DNA of 58,517 nt from an uncultured Candidatus Saccharibacteria bacterium. Lineage in GTDB: Bacteria; Patescibacteriota; Saccharimonadia; CAILAD01; GCA-016700035. The translations under genes and the position numbers were made by a program. The notes below the pieces were generated by a model. The model had not been told where the DNA came from and did no database searches. It was given only the letters and a program-made list of their open reading frames with translations. Shown piece by piece: positions 17,732 through 25,468 of this stretch. The DNA lies in contig CAZOVH010000004.1 in the NCBI GenBank assembly GCA_964583675.1, positions 39,275 to 97,791 on the forward strand. Reading direction: 5' to 3'. Each line of letters begins with the position of its first letter. Position 1 is the stretch's first letter.

Positions 17732-18214
17732 CTAAGAGCGCGGCATATTTATGTGAGCAGAATGTGTCAATGCAATGGCCAGTGCATCGGCAGCATCATC
17801 CGGTTTTGGAATAGTATTCAGCTTTAACCGTGTTTTTACCATTTCTTGCACCTGCTTTTTTGTAGCTTTACCGTAGCCAGTAATCCCCTGTTTTACTTGC
17901 AAGGGTGTATATTCTGCGATCGGCACACCACCCTGCTGCAATACCAAAAGCGCCACACCACGAGCTTCACCCACCGTCATTGCTGTAGTTACATTCGTCG
18001 AAAAAAATAATTTCTCAACTGCTACCTGTTGCGGTTGATGTTTTTTTACGAGCTCGGTTAAATCTTCATACAAGATTGCCAGCCGCTCGGCGTGCGTTAA
18101 GTCCTTATGCGTTGTAACAACCCCACAATCCACCAGCGTACACACACCTTTTTCGATCGCAATCACCCCAAAGCCAGTGGTGGCAATGCCTGGATCAATA
18201 CCGAGAATAATCAT
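17732..18214 (-). CDS. ruvC: Holliday junction resolvase RuvC
   Basis: MIILGIDPG catalytic Asp motif, 160 aa. Confidence 0.9.
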   Translation of the reverse strand: MIILGIDPGIATTGFGVIAIEKGVCTLVDCGVVTTHKDLTHAERLAILYEDLTELVKKHQPQQVAVEKLFFSTNVTTAMTVGEARGVALLVLQQGGVPIAEYTPLQVKQGITGYGKATKKQVQEMVKTRLKLNTIPKPDDAADALAIALTHSAHINMPRS

Positions 18215-18234
18215 ATAGGTAGTATACTTGAGTT

Positions 18235-18711
18235 ATGTCTGAACGCCAGGATCCACAAGTAAAAAAACTTGTTTTAGAAAGCTATCTAGCGATGGCAAAA
18301 AATAGTTTGGGTGCTAAAGTGTGGCAAAACTATTTTGCCGAAGTTGACGGAGAAAAACTCGACATCATGTATGGCGGCTCCAACGCTTGCGCTTGGTTTG
18401 TGTCCGGCGTATTGGTAATGCACAAGCTCATCGGCTCAAGTCATGCCACCGTTGCTTCTACCGTTGAAGATTTAGAAAAATCACAATGGCACAAAATTAC
18501 TGAACCAAAACCAGGAGCTATCATTGTATATGCACCACTTACATTTCAAGATGGCTCCACCCATGAGCATGCTGCAATCTACATTGGTGACGAACGCGCA
18601 ATTTCTACTAGCTACCAAAAAGCCGTCCCTATTGAACATGACTGGCGCTACCGCGATCATGAAACTCGCGAAGTTACCGCGATATATTACCCGACCGTTT
18701 GGCCAACCTAA
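18235..18711 (+). CDS. hypothetical protein with NlpC/P60- or CHAP-like Cys...His arrangement, no signal peptide
   Basis: GGSNACAWFVSG (candidate nucleophile) and HEHAAIYIG (candidate His). Family assignment is by pattern only. Confidence 0.35.
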   Translation: MSERQDPQVKKLVLESYLAMAKNSLGAKVWQNYFAEVDGEKLDIMYGGSNACAWFVSGVLVMHKLIGSSHATVASTVEDLEKSQWHKITEPKPGAIIVYAPLTFQDGSTHEHAAIYIGDERAISTSYQKAVPIEHDWRYRDHETREVTAIYYPTVWPT

Positions 18712-18718
18712 ATAAAAT

Positions 18719-18740
18719 CCCCGTCCAATGTAGGACGGGG
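18719..18740 (-). terminator. terminator between convergent genes, best for the minus-strand pyrE-like operon
   Basis: CCCCGTCC-aatgta-GGACGGGG. On the minus strand it is followed by ATTTTATTT. Confidence 0.65.
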
Positions 18741-18747
18741 GTGTTGC

Positions 18748-19653
18748 CTATTCAGGCGAGATTTTGGAAATCTGCCAACGACTGAGCGGCAAATACCCAC
18801 CACGGTGGTCGCCATCTGGCGCCGTGATCTCCAAAAGGATTTCTGCTTCTGGATGCGCTCGACGATCCGGATTGATGATCTTGCCGCGAACCTCCTTCAG
18901 ATTACGAGCACCGTCCTGATACCGCACGGTACGAACTTCGCCAAACGGAATCCTTGGATCGAGATCCAGCGTCGTGAAGCCCCCTTCGTAATCAGGATTT
19001 CGCTCCTGGAATGCCGCACCATGTGCCAAATTGGTCACAATCGGTCGTGAAGCCAACTCATCAGGCAGCTCCCCGACTGCAAAGCTTGGAATGTCCAGCT
19101 GCACACCTGCCGTGAAACGAGGAACGCCAAGCGTCTCAGCGGTTGTGGCTCGCGAGCGATTAACAATGCACGCAATACCAACCACGTCACCGCCGGCTGC
19201 CCCCACCACGTTCGCAGTCTTGACGGCTGAACCGCCAGTCGTGATGACGTCTTCCAGCACCAAGACACGACGCCCATCCACAGCCTCGGCAAAACCAGCA
19301 CGGTCCAGCACGAAATCGTCACGCTCCTTGTCTGCCCAGACGGTCTTGAGCGTCCAGTACTGCGAGTGGAAAGCGAAAGCCGAAACCAGATAGACTCCGC
19401 CAACCGCCGGCGCAATCACCACTTCTGGCTTCTCCTCGGTTGAACAACCTTCGAACCACCGCATGCACCAATGCCCAAGAACTGGCTTGAGACTGGCGGG
19501 ACGTACGAAGAGACGATCACAGTCCACGTACGTGTCACCATGACGACCCGACTTGTAAACGAAGTGCTCGCCTGTGATAACGGCCTTCGCCAGCGTAAGC
19601 TCATGCCTGATAGCATGCTCATGACGCGGGATAGCAGCTTCAGCTGTGCTCAT
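18748..19653 (-). CDS. pyrE: orotate phosphoribosyltransferase-like PRTase with about 100-aa C-terminal extension
   Basis: FVYKSGRHG...Y and the PRPP loop VLVLEDVITTGGS. It is next to pyrF and has high GC3. Confidence 0.65.
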   Translation of the reverse strand: MSTAEAAIPRHEHAIRHELTLAKAVITGEHFVYKSGRHGDTYVDCDRLFVRPASLKPVLGHWCMRWFEGCSTEEKPEVVIAPAVGGVYLVSAFAFHSQYWTLKTVWADKERDDFVLDRAGFAEAVDGRRVLVLEDVITTGGSAVKTANVVGAAGGDVVGIACIVNRSRATTAETLGVPRFTAGVQLDIPSFAVGELPDELASRPIVTNLAHGAAFQERNPDYEGGFTTLDLDPRIPFGEVRTVRYQDGARNLKEVRGKIINPDRRAHPEAEILLEITAPDGDHRGGYLPLSRWQISKISPE

Positions 19654-19865
19654 TGGATGATTCCCTTCTCTCGGAAAAATTCGTCTGGGATTACGCCCTC
19701 GCCGAGCAGCTCAGCCCACAGGCATCCCAACGTATCGCCAGGATCCAATTCGAGCGCACGAACGCCGTCGAGAACATCTCCACTCAACACACCGGAGCAT
19801 GCTTCAATGAGTTTGTCGACCGATGGCAGTCTCTGCAAGCTTTTGCTTACATCGTCAGAGGACAC
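19650..19865 (-). CDS. small acidic hypothetical protein, translationally coupled to the PRTase gene
   Basis: 71 aa, ATGA overlap at 19650-19653, high GC3 in this frame. Confidence 0.45.
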   Translation of the reverse strand: MSSDDVSKSLQRLPSVDKLIEACSGVLSGDVLDGVRALELDPGDTLGCLWAELLGEGVIPDEFFREKGIIQ

Positions 19866-19899
19866 ATTTACTCCATGTCGTAGGTACAGTAACCGTGCT

Positions 19900-19928
19900 A
19901 TTTTACAATTTTTGAGTCAATTTTTCAA
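19900..19928 (-). promoter_or_regulatory. sigma-70-type promoter for the 19865-18748 operon
   Basis: Minus strand reads TTGAAA, a 17-nt spacer, then TAAAAT. Confidence 0.5.
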
Positions 19929-19957
19929 TAAAATAGCCCCCTCGATTTCGAGGGGGC
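19927..19957 (-). terminator. rho-independent terminator of pyrF
   Basis: GCCCCCTCG-aaat-CGAGGGGGC (9 bp) followed by TATTTTATT on the minus strand. Confidence 0.8.
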
Positions 19958-19964
19958 AAAAGCA

Positions 19965-20918
19965 CTAGACATCATTACTGACATCCGGAACGATTCGGGC
20001 CAAGTTAATGACATTGTTCATTCGCACCGCTTCGGCTCGCGCCGCTTCTGCGAATGACTGGTCATCGAGAGCGTCGGCATAGAGCACCGACCGCGAGGCG
20101 TTGATGATGAAACCGTCGCCACGCGAGTTCATGCCGTTCTGCACTGCCAGCTCGAGGCTGCCACCCTGCGCACCAACTCCGGGGATGAGGATAGGAATAT
20201 CGTCACCGACCAACCCACGAACCACTCTCAGCTCGTCTGGAACGGTTGCCCCAACCACGACTGCGCAGTTACCGTTGTGGTTCCAGTTGGCTCGAACAGA
20301 GCCAGCAAGGTACTGGTAAAACGGAACCTTCGGCTGGTCATAACCATTCATGTAGGCAGACACAGCTGAAGGGATGTCCAGGGCGACAGCCTCCCCATAA
20401 CCCTCAATGGTGACTTGCCTGTCCTGGAACTCATCAGCGCCAGGATTGCTGGTACGAACCAACACAATCACACCACGATCTTCGCGTTCGAGAAAAGGCT
20501 TCATCGCCACGTGACCCATGTACGGATGCACAGTCACCGCATCTGCATCCAGAATGTCGAACGCGTACTGTGCGTACCCAAGATTGGTGTTGCCAATGTC
20601 GGCCACCTTCGCATCAAGAATGACCACCACATCAGGGTAATGACGTCGGATGTAAGTCACAACCTGCTCAAGCATCTCCAGACCATGGGCGCCGTGCCGC
20701 AAGAAGAACGCCCAGTTGGGCTTATACGCGCATACCACATCGTATGTGGCATTGATGATCTCCTTGAGATAGGGCACCAAAACACCCGCCGAACTCTCAC
20801 GATCTGTCATGTGGCTCGGTGCCTGCTTAAAGATCTTGTCCATGTCGGGATCCAGCCCAACACAGACAAACCTGCCCTCGCCCCACTGAGCCTGCAAACG
20901 ATCGTTGAACCGTCCCAC
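19965..20918 (-). CDS. pyrF: orotidine-5'-phosphate decarboxylase, long (type 2) form
   Basis: VCVGLDPD and ILDAKVADIGNT signatures, 317 aa. G+C is about 58% by hand count. Confidence 0.85.
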   Translation of the reverse strand: MGRFNDRLQAQWGEGRFVCVGLDPDMDKIFKQAPSHMTDRESSAGVLVPYLKEIINATYDVVCAYKPNWAFFLRHGAHGLEMLEQVVTYIRRHYPDVVVILDAKVADIGNTNLGYAQYAFDILDADAVTVHPYMGHVAMKPFLEREDRGVIVLVRTSNPGADEFQDRQVTIEGYGEAVALDIPSAVSAYMNGYDQPKVPFYQYLAGSVRANWNHNGNCAVVVGATVPDELRVVRGLVGDDIPILIPGVGAQGGSLELAVQNGMNSRGDGFIINASRSVLYADALDDQSFAEAARAEAVRMNNVINLARIVPDVSNDV

Positions 20919-20982
20919 GACAGTCCCCTTTCTTTCTAGGTACTGCAGGTGATTATAAAATTAGTAAGAGATCACAACAAGC

Positions 20983-21723
20983 TTAAGCAGTCGCGCGATC
21001 AAGCACGTCGTCGGGAATATCGAAGTTCGCGACCACGCTAGAAACATCATCAAGATCATCAAGAAAACTAATCAACTTCATGATGCTGCGAGCTTTTCCT
21101 TCGTCTTCTACACGCACGGTTTGGTTGGGCACAAGCTCCACATCGGCAGTGTCGACATTATCCTCGCCTAAGGCCTCTTTAACGGCTTCCAGGTCTTTTG
21201 GCGCTGTATAAACCACCAGCTGATCGCCTGAATCATCAATATCGGCAGCTCCGGCTTCGATCGCCACAAGGCTCATTTCGTCTTTATCGGCACTGGCCTT
21301 GCACAAAATAAGGCCTTTTTTATCAAACATATACGCAACCGAGCCGGTCGAACCGAGATTGCCACCATATTTAGAAAACGTGCTTTTTACGTCCGATGCC
21401 GTGCGATTGCGATTGTCGGTAAGCGCCTCAACCATTACTGCAACACCAGCTGGCCCGTAGCCTTCGTACACCAATTCCTCCAACGCAGCACCACCGGCCG
21501 TGCCAGCGCCACGAGCGATCGAACGATCGATATTGGCAGACGGCATGTTGGCTTGCTTGGCTTTCTGAATAGCCAAACGCAAACGAAAGTTGGTTTCTGG
21601 ATCCGCACCTTCGCGGGCCGCGAGTGCAATTTCATTGCCAAGCTTCGTAAAAATTTTTCCACGCTTAGCGTCTGCAGCACCTTTTTTGTGCTTAATACTA
21701 TGCCATTTACTGTGACCACTCAT
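20983..21723 (-). CDS. yebC: YebC/PmpR-family transcriptional regulator
   Basis: MSGHSKWHSIKHKKG...AKRGK N-terminus, diagnostic of the family. Confidence 0.9.
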   Translation of the reverse strand: MSGHSKWHSIKHKKGAADAKRGKIFTKLGNEIALAAREGADPETNFRLRLAIQKAKQANMPSANIDRSIARGAGTAGGAALEELVYEGYGPAGVAVMVEALTDNRNRTASDVKSTFSKYGGNLGSTGSVAYMFDKKGLILCKASADKDEMSLVAIEAGAADIDDSGDQLVVYTAPKDLEAVKEALGEDNVDTADVELVPNQTVRVEDEGKARSIMKLISFLDDLDDVSSVVANFDIPDDVLDRATA

Positions 21724-21732
21724 ATAGGTGGA

Positions 21733-23142
21733 TTATACCTGTTGAAGCGATTTTTTTGAAGCCCGCCGAGCACCGAATAGCATAAATACGCCAAGTCCCG
21801 CAAAACTTGCCCACATTGTAAAGCTACTCATCGCAATGCTCATACTTGCATTTGGGATACGCGCAAGCACCTGAATGGTTTGCAAAATAGACAATAAAAA
21901 CCAGTTTGCCACGAATGCAATACCCCCAGAGAACGGCAGTGCGAGTACGCTAAACGCGGCCACAAGAAAACTTACAAGCATGGCAACTGGAATAAACGGC
22001 AGGATCACCACATTTGCTAGTGGAGCTATCGTAGAAAAACTGCCAAACACATGCGCAATGAGAGGCGCCGTAGCCAGATGAGCAGCCAGCGAGACTGCAA
22101 AAATCTCCCAGAACAGCTGAAACTTGCCCGGATTTTTTGGCATAAACACCGGCGCCAAAAATACCACGCCAGCAAGAGCCAAAACGGAGAGCTGCCACGA
22201 AAGATCTGTATATAAGAATGCCGGACTCCAAGCAGTCATCGCAAAAATTGTCGCTGCCAGAGCTACTCCAACTGAAAGCTTCTTGTTTTGAGTACCTACA
22301 ATGAGTACTAAGGTAGTCATGACTGCAGCCCGCATGACAGAAGATGTTGCGCCCGTCATAAGTACGTAAAAACCAACCAACGCCAATATCGGAATGACCG
22401 TCCTTACTCGCAGCTTGCCACGCAAAAACGTCAGTACCAGGGCCATGATAATTGTCAGATTAAAGCCAGAAACCGCCACAATGTGCGTTAACCCAGTTTG
22501 CTGTGTTGCCTGCCGGACATCATCTGGAAGCTGACTAGATCCACCAAATAACAGCCCGCTCGCAAAACTTGCAGCTGCTGGCGAAAGCGATCGTTCGAGC
22601 CCTTGTTGCATCGTGCGCTTAATCCGAACTGGCAACGACGGAACAGCGTTCACCGTAGCAACTTCTGCATACCATACCTGCGCATTCGCACGCCCCAATG
22701 CCCTGCCAAGCTTGCCTTGTACTCGGACAGTCTGACCTTCAAAAATACCACTGGAGAGCGTTTTTACTTTTACTAAGCCGGATATTTTCTGGCCGTCCAG
22801 GCGCACATCCTGCATGTAGAATTCGTAGAGCTTATCGTCATTCCAAAACGGTGTTCCTTGCACCACGCCAACCAGTTGGTGCTTTTGGCCAATATAACTG
22901 CGAGCATCTGTCTTGCCTGGCGGAACAAATGTCATCTGCCCACGCAACAAGCCAGCACACAGAAAGATTGCACAGAGAGCAATGTAGCCCACCCAACTTT
23001 TTACAAAATACAAAATTATGACTGAGCTTACTGCTAGCCATACCCAAAAGAGTTGTGAGAAGCCAGTTGCAAATTGCGTGGCAAGCCCCAGGCCAAAAAG
23101 CCACGCCAAAACACAGACCCATATCTGCTTTGTTCGTTTCAT
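21733..23142 (-). CDS. comEC: ComEC/Rec2 DNA-uptake channel (competence domain only, no metallo-beta-lactamase domain)
   Basis: Multi-TM protein with a DUF4131-like OB region and the GLTHIVAVSGFNLTI motif. Confidence 0.8.
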   Translation of the reverse strand: MKRTKQIWVCVLAWLFGLGLATQFATGFSQLFWVWLAVSSVIILYFVKSWVGYIALCAIFLCAGLLRGQMTFVPPGKTDARSYIGQKHQLVGVVQGTPFWNDDKLYEFYMQDVRLDGQKISGLVKVKTLSSGIFEGQTVRVQGKLGRALGRANAQVWYAEVATVNAVPSLPVRIKRTMQQGLERSLSPAAASFASGLLFGGSSQLPDDVRQATQQTGLTHIVAVSGFNLTIIMALVLTFLRGKLRVRTVIPILALVGFYVLMTGATSSVMRAAVMTTLVLIVGTQNKKLSVGVALAATIFAMTAWSPAFLYTDLSWQLSVLALAGVVFLAPVFMPKNPGKFQLFWEIFAVSLAAHLATAPLIAHVFGSFSTIAPLANVVILPFIPVAMLVSFLVAAFSVLALPFSGGIAFVANWFLLSILQTIQVLARIPNASMSIAMSSFTMWASFAGLGVFMLFGARRASKKSLQQV

Positions 23143-23193
23143 ATTTGGCTATCGTACTCCTCTTGCAAGCACCCAGCCAAGCTTGAAGCAGTT

Positions 23194-23379
23194 TTAGAGG
23201 TCGCCGTTTGTGGCCTGCAAGAGGCGTGGAATAGCTTCCAGGGGATTCATCCCAACATCCACTCCGCCAAAAAACTTTAGTACCAGCCAAGCCATTAAAA
23301 ATAGCCAAGCTAAAATAACAAGTATTGCGAGCGGCCAAAACAGCCAGGCCGGAATACGGCGGTATGGATGCATATCCAT
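23194..23379 (-). CDS. small membrane protein (61 aa)
   Basis: One clear TM helix, located upstream of comEC. No other support. Confidence 0.3.
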   Translation of the reverse strand: MDMHPYRRIPAWLFWPLAILVILAWLFLMAWLVLKFFGGVDVGMNPLEAIPRLLQATNGDL

Positions 23380-23418
23380 TTCATTTTAGCATGACTGGTA
23401 TGATTTATTGTTTACAGA

Positions 23419-23447
23419 TTGACTTTTGGGTCGTTTTCAGGTTAAAT
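23419..23447 (+). promoter_or_regulatory. promoter of tRNA-Lys
   Basis: TTGACT, a 17-nt spacer, then TTAAAT, about 50 nt upstream of the tRNA. Confidence 0.55.
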
Positions 23448-23496
23448 AAGTGAGTTATCTGCGTGTATTTATCCATGTATACAACCGCATAAACGC

Positions 23497-23573
23497 GGGC
23501 CCATAGCTCAGTTGGTTAGAGCGACAGCCTTTTAAGCTGTGCGTCCTGGGTTCGAATCCCAGTGGGCCCTCCA
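23497..23573 (+). tRNA. tRNA-Lys (anticodon TTT), CCA encoded
   Basis: GGGCCCA/TGGGCCC acceptor, ACAGC-CTTTTAA-GCTGT anticodon arm, CTGGG-TTCGAAT-CCCAG T arm. Confidence 0.95.
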
Positions 23574-23580
23574 CGAAATG

Positions 23581-23605
23581 ACTCCACCTCGCGTGGAGTT
23601 TTTTC
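23581..23605 (+). terminator. terminator after tRNA-Lys
   Basis: ACTCCAC-ctcgc-GTGGAGT followed by TTTTTT. Confidence 0.8.
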
Positions 23606-23701
23606 GTGGATGACTAGTTGATTAGAACCCAGTAACCCGAAGGGTGGGTTCGGCGTAACAATTTACTTGTAAATTGTGGAGAAGGCGCTTGCGCCGCTAT
23701 T

Positions 23702-23716
23702 CCAGTGGGCCCTCCA
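23702..23716 (+). repeat. 15-nt exact direct copy of the tRNA-Lys 3' end (att-like scar, copy B)
   Basis: CCAGTGGGCCCTCCA at 23559-23573 and again at 23702-23716. Confidence 0.8.
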
Positions 23717-23733
23717 AACATAAGTATTATGAC

Positions 23734-23757
23734 GACTCCTTTGCGGGAGTCTTTTTG
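23734..23757 (+). terminator. hairpin plus T-run following repeat copy B
   Basis: GACTCC-tttgcg-GGAGTC followed by TTTTTGATT. Confidence 0.6.
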
Positions 23758-23774
23758 ATTGGTATGATGAGCCC

Positions 23775-24491
23775 ATGGAAACCCTCTCCCACAATCCCGA
23801 GGAAACTACGAATAAACCACAGAAGCTGGCCGATGAACTAAAAGCGATGATACCTCAAAGGCAGGAAATGGAGTCTGGCCGGATAGAAGCGATATTGCAA
23901 CAATTTGGGTCAGAGCAGCACAACATGGCCTCTGTGGGAGGTATCGAGATCATAGGGCTTGGCAATAAAGAGCAGATGGAGGCACTTGCCCCTGCTGCCA
24001 AGGCAGCACTAGATCGGTTGCAAGATCGGTTCGGGGGTCGACTTGAAACAGCATTCCCTGGACTCAAGATTTACTTTGTTGATGGAGCAATTAATACAGG
24101 TGGCGAGGCATTAGCAGATGAAAATGCAATAATTATGGATGCATCAAAAGCCGCAATGAGTGTCGGTGATGTAGAAACCCTGCTCGTCGAAATGGGCTAT
24201 CTTAATCCTGGCGACTGGACCTCTAAAGTTAACCCAAATCTAAGCTATGGAGAAATTACGATTGTGCACGAGATGGGCCATATGCTAGAAGCCCGAGCAT
24301 ATGGTGCAGAGGGGATTGGGTTCGCTTCCCTGCCGCCCGAGACTGCTGTAACAAAATATGGCAGCAAGGCGCCCAATGAGGATTATGCCGAAGCCTTCTT
24401 TTATGACACCTACGGTCTAGACGTTGGCTCTGATCGCAAAACTATTCTCGAGCGAGATATCGGCAATGTGACCTTGGCGTCAGCTGCTTAG
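23775..24491 (+). CDS. putative zinc metallopeptidase (HEMGH), cargo gene between att-like repeats
   Basis: TIVHEMGHMLE (HExxH) and a downstream NEDYAEAFF candidate third ligand. No signal peptide. Confidence 0.55.
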   Translation: METLSHNPEETTNKPQKLADELKAMIPQRQEMESGRIEAILQQFGSEQHNMASVGGIEIIGLGNKEQMEALAPAAKAALDRLQDRFGGRLETAFPGLKIYFVDGAINTGGEALADENAIIMDASKAAMSVGDVETLLVEMGYLNPGDWTSKVNPNLSYGEITIVHEMGHMLEARAYGAEGIGFASLPPETAVTKYGSKAPNEDYAEAFFYDTYGLDVGSDRKTILERDIGNVTLASAA

Positions 24492-24521
24492 CCGTTATAA
24501 TTGTTGCTATTGGCGCTACGA

Positions 24522-24533
24522 TGGCCCTCCAAA
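24522..24533 (+). repeat. partial copy of the tRNA-Lys 3' end (att-like scar, copy C)
   Basis: GGCCCTCCAAA within 24522-24533 matches GGCCCTCCAAA in copy B, and its first 9 nt (GGCCCTCCA) match the tRNA 3' end. Confidence 0.55.
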
Positions 24534-24539
24534 TAAAGA

Positions 24540-24565
24540 CCCTCGCCTCGTGCGGGGGTTATTTA
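24540..24565. terminator. bidirectional terminator between the HEMGH gene and rimK
   Basis: CCCTCGC-ctcgt-GCGGGGG (7 bp including one G-U), T-rich on both sides. Confidence 0.55.
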
Positions 24566-25468
24566 CGCGCCAATTTTGTCGCGGCGGCGCTTACCTTTAG
24601 TGCGCTCAACAATAAAATCAATCATCACACCAGCAATATCTTTACCCGTCTGTGCTTCAATGCCCTCAAGGCTTGGTGAGCTATTTACTTCCAAAACCAA
24701 TGGACCACGCGTAGAACGAATAAGATCTACTCCGGCAATCGACATGCCGAGCGTTGAAGCCGCTTTGAGCGCCACATTTTGCTCTTTTTTTGAGAGCTCA
24801 ACCGGTGCCGATTCGCCACCGCGATGCAAGTTAGAACGGAACTCGCCTTCCTGACCCTTGCGCATCATCGCACCAACAATTTTATCGCCAACCACAATAA
24901 CGCGAATATCAGCGCCATCAGCTTCTTCGATAAACTCCTGCAAGATAAAATTTGCGTTAATTGAGTTAAAGGCTTCGATTACCGACTTGGCGGCTTTTTT
25001 AGTTTCCGCCAGAACCACGCCCTTGCCCTGCGTGCTTTCCAAAAGTTTTACCACCACCGGCGCACCACCAACCAACTCTAAAAGTTCAGCTGCATCCGAA
25101 GTCTGTGAGGCAAAGACGGTTTTAGGAATCCCGACACCAGCGCGAGCCAAAAGCTGCATGGAGCGCAGCTTATCACGCGAACGCACAAGGGCCAGCGAGC
25201 TGGTTGCAGTATAGGCACGCATCATTTCAAACTGCCGGAGTACCGCAGCGCCGTAGTTCGTGTAACGAGCCGCAATACGTGGAATCACCGCTTCTACTTC
25301 ATCAACCGAGCGATTTTCCCAATGTACGGAAGGGTTACGACTTTCGATTGCCATATACGCCTTAGTGTAATCAACCACCACGGGAGTATGGCCTTTCTTT
25401 TTTGCCGCTTCAACCAAACGTTTGGTTGAATAGTTATTTCGGCCAGCCGATAGAATTGCGATTTTCAT
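24563..25468 (-). CDS. rimK: RimK-type alpha-L-glutamate ligase (ATP-grasp)
   Basis: MKIAILS..., the typical RSNLHRGG motif, and 301 aa as in canonical RimK. Confidence 0.85.
   Translation of the reverse strand: MKIAILSAGRNNYSTKRLVEAAKKKGHTPVVVDYTKAYMAIESRNPSVHWENRSVDEVEAVIPRIAARYTNYGAAVLRQFEMMRAYTATSSLALVRSRDKLRSMQLLARAGVGIPKTVFASQTSDAAELLELVGGAPVVVKLLESTQGKGVVLAETKKAAKSVIEAFNSINANFILQEFIEEADGADIRVIVVGDKIVGAMMRKGQEGEFRSNLHRGGESAPVELSKKEQNVALKAASTLGMSIAGVDLIRSTRGPLVLEVNSSPSLEGIEAQTGKDIAGVMIDFIVERTKGKRRRDKIGA

Noticed and set aside
19031-19968. Several 68-165-aa ORFs on both strands inside the pyrE-like/pyrF block.
   Set aside because: Long spurious ORFs are expected in high-GC DNA. The annotated frames carry diagnostic enzyme motifs.
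22838-23338. 166-aa minus-strand ORF spanning the comEC start.
   Set aside because: It is out of frame with comEC and the small membrane ORF, and has no motifs. It overlaps a confidently called gene.
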